A stretch of 63,562 nucleotides of DNA from Octopus bimaculoides (taxonomy: Eukaryota), in assembly GCF_001194135.2 (NCBI RefSeq), contig NC_068995.1:33068014-33131575 (forward strand), written 5' to 3'. Below the pieces are notes generated by a model that did no database searches, was not told the DNA's origin, and was given only the letters and a program-made list of their open reading frames with translations. Below are positions 54,352 to 63,562 of the stretch, piece by piece. The position numbers and the translations under genes were made by a program. The stretch's first letter is position 1, and each line of letters begins with the position of its first letter.

Positions 54352-55242
54352 CTTGGGGAAATAATTATTTCTCAATAGTTCAAGCAGGGTGAGAAATTTG
54401 AAATCAAAATTTCAGAATTATATGGAAAAAGATGCATTGAACTCACATTTAATGTTTTTTTTTTACTTTATATGATGTTCTAAAAATTTCTAGTCAGTGA
54501 TAATCACATATAGCACTATTTAATTCTTTTTTAGAAATCATTTGCATGACATAATCTGTGACTTAATAATAAACTTTTATGAAATACAACATTTCATTAA
54601 AGATGGAAATAATTACAGTCTGGAGGAAATTCTTTACTTCATAGAAAATTACTAGATTAGGAATTGAGAGAATAGAGAGAAAGTTCTTATTGTTTCCATG
54701 CAGAATAAAAACTGTTTCCAAGGAATTCTATTTTGTGAAAATATTTTATAGTAGCTAATAATTTCAGCTTTAGCTACAAACAACTTCACAAGCTATTTTC
54801 TAATGTATTCTCTGATGAGTTAGACATTCATTTCACACACACATGATTGGCTTCTTTCAGTTTCCATCAATCAAATCCATTCACAAGGTTTGGTCAGCCT
54901 GAGGTTACAAAAGACACTTTCCCAAGATGCCATGTAGTTAGGAAGTGAATGTCTTAATCACACAACCATGCCTAAATAAACAATATATTTACATATATAT
55001 ATATATATATATAGTTCAAATTTACAGAAAACAAATGATGAAGACAGGTGTAGTAACAACAAGCAGGCGTATTAGTTTAACGCTTGAGAAGAATGGAAAA
55101 AGTTTTTTTACATTTCGAGCCTATGCTCTTTGACAGAAAGGATTAAGAAGAAGAAAAAAAGGAGAATGAAAAAATGTGTAGGGATTAACAGTTCAACATG
55201 GTGAAAAATCATATATATATATATATATATATATATTGCACC

Positions 55243-55966
55243 ATGACGCAATTCACTCTGCCAGAAATTTCAAAACAACATGCTATGCTGCTCAACATTT
55301 GTGCTGGAAACTCCAATATGAACATTTCAGAGTGTTAGGTGTCAATCTGAGTCCCCAAAACACGTACCAAGAGTGATAAAAATCAAACATCCAGTCAACA
55401 TCATGGCGTTTGGAGTGATCACTAGTGATGGTGACATTATGCCTCCATTCATTTTCCCACATGGTCTCAGACTCAACACAGAGACCTACATCAAGTGCCT
55501 GGAGGAGGTAGTGCTGCCCTGGGTCAAGAAGATGGCTGCTGGAAGACACCTGTGTCTGGCAAAAGAACACTGCACCATGCCACGCAAGCAGGAGAACCCA
55601 GTCATGGCTGTCAGACAATTTCTGTGTCCACATCACTCCTAACATCTGGCCACCTAACTCCCCAGACTGCAACCGCATGATTATTATGCGCAGGCCACAG
55701 CTGAGCGAGAGACCAACAAAATTCTTTGTAACACAAAGATGACTGAAGGCAAGCATTATGTCAGCATTCACCAACTTAAACAAGGAGACCACCCAGAAGA
55801 GATGGAGGAGCTTCTGAAGTCGTCTGGAGGGTGTGGTTGAAGCCAATAGCAATTTTATTGAATAAATTTACTCTTTAGTATTTCAAGATATTTTAATGTA
55901 ATTTTGGTAAATATATCGGTTAAAATGAGATGTTAGTGTTATTTTCATTTTTGCGTAATTTAGACA
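55243..55966 (+). mobile_element. Internally deleted maT/DD37D-like mariner transposase pseudogene
   Basis: MTQFTLPEISKQHAMLLNICAGNSNMNISEC is joined at about 55350 to VIKIKHPVNIMAFGVITSDGDIMPPFIFPHGLRLNTETYIKCLEEVVLPWVKKMAAGR, then WLSDNFCVHITPNIWPPNSPDCNP (a WPPxSPDLNP-type motif). Confidence 0.85.
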
Positions 55967-56055
55967 NNNNNNNNNNNNNNNNNNNNNNNNNNNNNNNNNN
56001 NNNNNNNNNNNNNNNNNNNNNNNNNNNNNNNNNNNNNNNNNNNNNNNNNNNNNNN

Positions 56056-56095
<40 letters not shown>

Positions 56096-57032
56096 GCACC
56101 TTTGGCAGGTATCTTCTGCTGTAGCTTTGGAATGACCAAAGGCTTGCAAATGCATTTGTTAGATGGAAACTGAAATAAGTCTGTTGAATATATGTTGTGT
56201 ATCTCTTTGTGTTTGAGCCTGACTCCCCACCATTTTACTACCGATGTTGGTTTGTTTACATCCTAGTGACTTAGTGGTTTGGCAAAAGAACCTGACAGAA
56301 TAAGTTTCAGGCTTTAAAAAATAAGCACCGGGGTTGATTTGTTCAACTAAAAACCTTCAAAGTGGTACCCCAGTATGGCTGCAGTCTAATGACTGTAACA
56401 ACTGATTGATAAATGATAAAATATATTATAGATATATGTGTGTGCACCCTTGTATGTACATATGTATATTTGTGCTGAAATGTGTCTTTGCTTTTATGTT
56501 GAGAAAAAGTTGGTGTTTCCAGCTTCCCCTACCACTGTAAACTTCCAAACCTTTGTATATCCATAGTATGTCCCTGCAACTACTCTATTCCTTTCTTTAA
56601 CTCCATCCCTAACCTCCTCCTCTTACACTGCCAGCCCAAATTAAATACTAGCCACTGTCCATCAATACTGCCATTATATCTCTTGATTTTAATCTCTTCC
56701 ATTTGAACCAAATGCTTACTTTCCTATTTCACAGATGTGTATATATGTACTTTGCTTGCATATTCACATTTATGTGTTGCTTCCTTTTTTTTTTTTTTTT
56801 TTTTTTTGTCACTGTACTCAACATTCATTCACTATTCTCATCAGCTTTTCACTGTTGATACCACCAAAAATGAACAATATCATTAAAGGCGTGAAATTGA
56901 AATGATTTTTTGGATAACTGACTGAAGAGAAAAAAGTACATCCATGCCTTGTGAGTGAGTTTTCTTTTCATTCCTTCGTTGAGCTTCATTTTAATTTTTG
57001 AAACTTATTTTAGATATATATGTGTGTGTGTG

Positions 57033-57114
<82 letters not shown>

Positions 57115-57115
<1 letters not shown>

Positions 57116-57510
57116 CTTTATTCTATTACTTGTATCAGTTATTTGACTGTGACCTTGATGGAGCATCACCTTGAAGGATTTTAGTCAAACAAATCAACCC
57201 CAGGACTTATTTTTTAAGCCTAGTAGTTATTCTCTTAGACTCTTTTGTCAAACCACTAAGTTATGGGGACGTAAACATGCCAAAACCAGTTGCCAAATGG
57301 TAATGGAGGGACAAACACACACATACACACACAGGTATATACCTATTTATGGGCTTCTTTCAGTTTCTGCCTACCAAATCCACTCACAAGGCTTTGGTCG
57401 GCCTGAGGCTATAGTAGAAGACACTTGCCCAAAGTGCCAAGCAGTGGGACTGAACTCAGAATCATGTTGTTAGGAAGCAGGCTTCTTACCACACAGCCAT
57501 GCCTGCACCA
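57115..57510 (-). mobile_element. SINE family A copy
   Basis: Similar to 8620-9020. An opposite-orientation copy starts at about 57560. Confidence 0.75.
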
Positions 57511-57513
57511 ATG

Positions 57514-57552
<39 letters not shown>

Positions 57553-58624
57553 TCATAGGTGGAGGCATGGTTGTGTGGTTACGATATTTGCTTCCAAAAC
57601 ACGTTTTCAAGTTCAATTGACTTCAAGCAAGTCTCTTCCACTTGTGAGTGAATTTGGTAGATAGATAGAAACTGGAGGAAGCCCATAAAGTGTGTGTGTG
57701 CAATCACCTAATAGTTGTAAATGAACATCACCATCATATAAGTGGGGGGGGGGTCTTTCATTTCCAATTTTCTGTGTAAACGTCCAAAGGAAAATACCTT
57801 GCTTGGAAACAGATAAGGATTAGTGAGAGGAAGTACATCTGATCATGAAAAGCAGCTTCAATGAATTCTGTCTAAACCATGCAAACATGGAAAAGAGGGT
57901 GTTGAAATGACGACAATAATGATCATCACCATGATTGTTACACACATACACACACGTATATATAAAATTACTTGTACACAAACAATGTTTACCTAATATT
58001 ACAAGTGAAATAAACAACGTAGCTGAACAATGCAAGGAATATCATAGAATCGGTTTTATCTCTCAAATTGTTCGTGAATGGACACAATTCTTGAATACTT
58101 CATTATATGTGTGATTGTGAAAGATATACACATCAACAAGAATACTGTTAATCCTGTGCACAGGACAAAAATATTCTATGATAGTAGCATAGACACTCCC
58201 TTACCACAGATGATCAGAAATGCAGCGAAGCAGTAAACAGCCTGCTGGCTTGTAAAACTGTAACCAATGGTGCTATTCATAAAAGACAAAACATAAAACA
58301 TCCAACAAAACTACTAAATAATTTGTATTTTAGGAGTTAGCTACTTTAAAAGAAGAAAGGTCAATAGCTCCTTTAGATGTCACTACGAGGTGGGGTAACA
58401 TTTCTGAGAATATTTTACATTTCTGTGAGAATATTTTATATAAATCATGTAATTTATAACCGAATGCTGTCAGACCAAGCATTTGTTAAACTTCTAGCTA
58501 CGTTTAATGAAAATCCACAGTTAAAGTTTAGAAAAAGTCTTCTTGATGGAAGAAGGAAAATAAATGTTGAATGAGAAAGTTCAACCAATTTGATCATTTC
58601 CCCTTTTGATGATGATGATGATGA

Positions 58625-58835
58625 TCCCTTCTACTAAAGGCACAAGGCCTAAAATTTGCGGGGAGGGGGCTAGTCGATTACACCGACACCAATGTTCTAC
58701 TGATACTTAATTTATCAGCCCTGAAAGGACGAAAGGCAAAGTCGACCTCGACGGAATTTGAATTCAGAATGTAAGGACGGACAAAATGCCGCTAAGCATT
58801 TTGCTCGACGTTCTAACGATTCTGCCGGTTCGCCG

Positions 58836-58838
<3 letters not shown>
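58625..58838 (-). mobile_element. SINE family C copy with CpGs intact
   Basis: Reverse complement reads aggcggcgaaccggcagaatcgttag...gaattcaaattccgtcgaggtcgactttgcctttcgtcc...ggccttgtgcc-(atc)n. A related CpG-rich copy is at 60420-60605. Confidence 0.8.

Positions 58839-58886
<48 letters not shown>
58839..58886. repeat. (AAT)n microsatellite, probably the tail of an adjacent SINE C fragment
   Basis: Direct reading. It is followed by aaccctttttactataggcacaagg, the SINE C 3' end in reverse. Confidence 0.9.
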
Positions 58887-58887
<1 letters not shown>

Positions 58888-60190
58888 CCTTTTTACTATA
58901 GGCACAAGGTCCGAAATTTGGGGGAAGGGGCCTAGCTATATTCATTACATATTTTCAGCTAATTCAAATGACGAAAATCTAACACAATATAATAAACATT
59001 TTCATACTACGTAAGTTAAATTGGCAAGAAAGAAAAATGCAAAAGATATATTTATTAAGTTTTGGTTGATATCTAACTTCTAAACTCTTCAAGTTAAATG
59101 AAATAATTGAAACATAGCATAATAATTGAAATAAAGCGTTCTTAAATTGTTACCAAAGTAAACAAGAGAATCATCCAGGTTAAACAATATTTACTAATAA
59201 AGATATCTTTATTGAATACATATCTACAAATTTATTGCGACGTTGATGTATTATTCGATAAATAACTATATTGGCAATGCAGTTTAAAATACGTAAAATA
59301 AATCCCCGGTCATGAAACTCACAAAATGGAAAATTTTGTTTAAATAAGAAAGAATATAAATAACATTTAATTATAACGATCTACATTTAATCCTAAGATT
59401 TTAATAAACAAAGACACTGTAGTTTCCAGATACACAAAATAAAGGAGTCAAACATCTGAGATCATAAATCTGTTCGATAAAGCAGATTTGATTTTCTACT
59501 AAAAAATTTTTAAAAAAACGTCGTATATTTCAATCAAAACGAATAATCGATATAAAAATAATCACGAAAAAAGAAAATCGAAATATTTCAAGCGATCTGA
59601 CGCGTTAGGTTAATCGATCCATATATCTGTAATCCTATAACTTTCCTTAATTCAACACAACTTCGTGAATTTGTTTTACGAACGTAAACCATAACATTAC
59701 GACGGTTTCTAACCTTGGTAGAAGGGCACATTTTTGCTTTTTTTTACTCAGGGGAGATGAAAAGTAAAATTAACCCAGAGGGATCTAAACTTAAAGCATA
59801 AAGGGATGTGATTAAATACCGCAAGGCATTTTCTCCGGCGCACTTGTTACATTTGACAACTCGATTATAAATTATTTCGTTTTACTTCCGTCACTTTAAT
59901 ATTCGGTAATGGTTGGGGACTTGATAGTTTACTATATTTGATATTTTAAAAATGAATCATGTATTATGTATGTAATACATGTTTTCTTTTGTGTAAATAG
60001 GTATGTACATAGATCGCGGTGTGATGAAGCACCACAAGAAAAATAACTTCAACACGAAGCGATGTACAAATATCTTGGGCACTAAAAAATACGTCTTAAT
60101 AATATGTACGTGTGTGTGTGTGTTATGCATAGAGGAACAGGCTGCATGTTGAAGAATCCTAAAAGGAACAGGCCACATACATACACAATG

Positions 60191-60258
<68 letters not shown>

Positions 60259-60263
60259 ATATG

Positions 60264-60294
<31 letters not shown>

Positions 60295-61653
60295 TCAAAG
60301 TCAGCTTTTTGTCCTGCTGTCATATAACTTGGAAACATTTTGTTTGCTCACTACAAAAAAGAATGCAACGATTGAAAGTGATTAATGCAACACGTAAGTT
60401 ACGAATAACATGAAAATTTCTCAGATCGGCACAAGGCCAGCAACTTCGGGGGAAGAGGAGTAGTCGATTACGTCGAGCCCAACCCTCAACTGGTACTTAT
60501 TTTATCGACCCCCGATAGGATGAAAAGTAAAATCGGCCTCAGCGGACGAAATGCCGCTAAGTATTTTCGCCGGCGTGCTAACGATTTTGCCAGCTCGCCA
60601 CCTAGGAACAATTTATCTTGGCACCAGTATTTGGCTTGTGTTTATTTCGTCAAGCCCGAAAGAATAGACGGGTTTGATCCATCAAATTCAACGATGTTTG
60701 AAAGTCAACGTCCACCAAGGTAGGATTTGAACTCGGCAAAGTAAAGCGACTTTCAGAAATGTTGTAAGGCATTTTATAGAATATAGAAATCATTAGCGAT
60801 CGATATCAGGGAGAGATCTACCGAACGCCTATCAAGTATTGTTATGGTCCCAAAAGTTGAATTACGCCTATTTAAATAATCGATCAAATGTTCTGAAACT
60901 AAAATAAATGTTTACGACAATAAACAATATGGAGAAATTATTTTATCAGTTTCGAATGGAGAACACAAGATTAAATTAAAATACGAAAAAAAGAAATCAA
61001 CAGTCGTTACGTGTATATTTGAAAACACGATACACGAATGGCAATACCACACGCGTATGTATATACATATATACACACACATGCCATGCTTAGAATAAAG
61101 TCGTAAAGAGAAAGGAAAGTATATTGATGCTTTTGCCTAACAATCGGGACATTGAAATATATATGTATCAGCTACAAATAGTCTACAAAAAGTTTGGGGA
61201 AGCTTAATTACAGATTAAATCCTTTTCTTTTTCATGTTTTATAGTCGAAATAAAGATAATAGTAAAAACTGCACTACAAGCAACAATTTTCATTATGCTA
61301 TTATCATCAGCTGGGTCCTACTGACGATGGCGACATAACATGTATTACAGTAATAGCACGAAATATTTCGATGGGTTTACTCATACACGAACATGGGAGC
61401 CGCTTACATGGTTACTTGACGTGTTGAAAATAGCAACCAAGTTCCCCGCAAATAACATACTAACGACTTAGAAAATATATATATATATATACACACACAA
61501 AAAAAAGTGGGTTTGTCACGGCTAGAACGCCTTTGATCATGCCTGCCAGATAAGTACGACTTGGAGTAATGTGTTGTTTAGTCCCTTTCCAATTTAAATA
61601 TCCAACAAATATAACAAATACATACACACACATATATAATATATATTATACAT

Positions 61654-61711
<58 letters not shown>

Positions 61712-61875
61712 CACATATATATTAGATTTTTTTTTTAATTTATGCAAAACAAAGCAAAATCGATGCAACTGCTATTTTTAAAAAGTATCTTTTTGTTTCT
61801 CAATATAATAAACAAGCTGCTAAGCAACACTTAATAAAACATAAATGTAGAGAAGAGAGAGCTGAGCGAACCTAC

Positions 61876-61892
61876 CTCTCGATGGCCGCCAT
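61876..61892 (-). CDS. KHDC4: Probable KHDC4 first coding exon (MAAIE plus 2 nt of an Arg codon)
   Basis: Minus strand reads aaatATGGCGGCCATCGAGAG|gtaggt, with a strong donor. The phase-2 end (AG) joins the first G of exon 2 to give AGG and keeps the frame ([13 protein letters not shown]...). It lies in the CpG-retaining end of the window next to promoter motifs. Linkage to exon 2 across 34 kb is inference. Confidence 0.68.
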
Positions 61893-61920
61893 ATTTACAC
61901 TGACGTCATAATGACGTCAT
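61885..61920 (-). promoter_or_regulatory. Core promoter: two CRE/ATF palindromes, Inr-like TCAGT, YY1/TISU-like motif over the ATG
   Basis: TGACGTCA at 61901-61908 and 61912-61919. Minus-strand TCAGT at 61903-61899. AAATATGGCGGC overlaps the start codon. Confidence 0.65.
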
Positions 61921-62424
61921 GAAGAAAAAACAAACGAAGAAAGAATACGTTGGGATGTCTTGCTAAATATTTCTCCACTGTTCTACTGCAGAAGCACAAG
62001 CTAGAGATATTGTAGCGACGTTTTGTTACCAGCTAATAATTAATTTTTCTCCATCTTATTGTTTCATAAACGTAAAAAGTATATATGTATAGATAGTTGG
62101 TGAGTTTGTGTGTATGTATATATTTTTAGAGGTTAGCTATTAATTATTTTTTATCATTTACGATACAACAGAAATTAGTGTATATCCATGAAGGAGAGGC
62201 AAAACAGAATCCATGCACAAAATGGTTAGCAGTGCTAACGTGTTAGCTGGAAATGTTTAACTGAACAACAATAGACAGAAGGGAGATCACTACATGGGAA
62301 GAAGGAGAGAGAAAGGGGGGAGTTCTAGTTGCAAAAGTCACATTGGGCATGACAGTGGTAACGGTAAGCGTTAGGAGAACAGGAAGAGGACGGAACTGTG
62401 ACGTGGTGGCAATAGCGGAGGTGT

Positions 62425-62436
62425 TGATGATGGTGA

Positions 62437-62472
<36 letters not shown>

Positions 62473-62477
62473 TAGTG

Positions 62478-62513
<36 letters not shown>

Positions 62514-62516
62514 GTA
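62425..62516. repeat. (GTA/GTG)n trinucleotide repeat in a G/T-skewed tract
   Basis: Direct reading. It explains the poly-Thr/Val/Tyr ORFs. Confidence 0.9.
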
Positions 62517-63471
62517 AAGTTGAGAGAAACAAAAAGCGTTGTGTGGTGGTGGGAGTAAATGGAAAGAGTAATAGTGATAGGAGGACAAGTGATGATCGTA
62601 GTGGTCAAAGAAAAATATTTATCATGCCGTGTGTTGATGAGGATAATCTCTCAGTGTTGTGGTGTGATAAAGGTGGTGGTGGTGATAGTTGCATTGTGTG
62701 ATGAGGGTTGTGATGGTGATAGTTACTGAGTGTGGAAACTTGATGGTGGTGGTTGCGTCGGTAGTAATCCTACGGGTGATAAACGTGGACATAGGCACAT
62801 AGTTTGGTGGTGGTTACAATGATTGTAGATGATGGAGGATTAAGTGTGATGGAAATAGGGATATTATAAATAGTAGTTGCCGACAAGCGAGCATCGTGGC
62901 TGTAAGGAGTGGACAGAGTTACGTGTTAGAAAGTGGTGGTAGTGTATTCAGATAAACATACTAGTCGGAGTCGTAGTTGCTATGAAATACGACACGAAGG
63001 AAAAATATGCATTCTTTCGTTACTGTCAGCAAAGTTGTCATAAAATTATTGGAGTTATTGGCTAGAGAATAACTGCAAAACCTTTACACATTCCCATTAG
63101 ATTTACAGAAGAAAAAAATATAGATTTACTTTAGCCTCAGCTACTTTGGTTTTTATAAACCCATTAACTTTATATCTAATAAAATTCACTTACCTAGTAT
63201 AATATATATATTTGCACGTACACTCAAGCACATACATATACACACATCCATGTACATTTATAACCCACATATACACACATGCATACATAGATACAAGCAT
63301 ACGTACAGACATGTATTCATGCAGGCATGCATACATATATGTATAGATATAGTGTTACGTATAAAATAAATGTAAAATGTTTAGTACTGATAGGGAAAAG
63401 TATTCAGTACCAATTTAGAACGCTTGGTGAAAACTCCCGAGTAACAGGCAAGTGGACTGGCCCAATTAAAC

Positions 63472-63514
<43 letters not shown>

Positions 63515-63519
63515 TAAAC

Positions 63520-63556
<37 letters not shown>

Positions 63557-63562
63557 CTTATA

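Noticed and set aside
61280-61320. Minus-strand CTGATGA...GAAA hammerhead-like core
   Set aside because: Stem II cannot pair (taatagcataat), and stems I and III are absent.
62243-62608. 121-aa Thr-rich mucin-like ORF upstream of the promoter
   Set aside because: It is driven by the (GTA/GTG)n repeat, and overlapping frames are equally open.
424-63512. ORF-track entries rich in YI/CV/HT/RE repeats or X runs
   Set aside because: They are translations of dinucleotide microsatellites, N gaps or SINE/LINE fragments, with no coding signal.
63464-63562. Three attaaacttata units separated by (TA)n spacers, superficially array-like
   Set aside because: The spacers are simple TA runs at the window edge. 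This is a slippage or assembly duplication, not CRISPR.

Overview
AT-rich, microsatellite-dense animal genomic DNA with several N gaps. The repeat repertoire points to an octopus/coleoid draft assembly (inferred from repeat style, not verified). The only host gene I can support is the 5' part of a KHDC4 (KIAA0907/BLOM7) orthologue on the minus strand. It has a probable 17-nt first coding exon (61876-61892) at a compact promoter with twin CRE palindromes, an Inr-like TCAGT and a YY1/TISU-like ATGGCGGC. A ~34-kb intron leads to a 136-nt second exon (27793-27928) encoding [24 protein letters not shown] could not find exon 3 in the remaining 27.8 kb. The rest is intronic and packed with mobile DNA: decayed RTE LINEs and their 3' tails, three tRNA-like SINE families, a Penelope-like RT remnant, two maT/DD37D-like mariner fragments, eight copies of a TTAA piggyBac-type MITE, a young Kolobok-like element with ~270-bp TIRs, a non-autonomous Helitron and a Tigger-like MITE. 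The most notable observations are inverted repeat pairs bracketing the frame-shifting exon 2, a 105-nt hairpin with strand-asymmetric G.U pairs, the promoter architecture, and a CpG-decay contrast between promoter-proximal and gene-body copies of one SINE. I found no evidence for a new protein-coding system. Almost all ORF-track entries are microsatellite, N-gap or repeat artefacts. Repeat boundaries were read by eye and are approximate.
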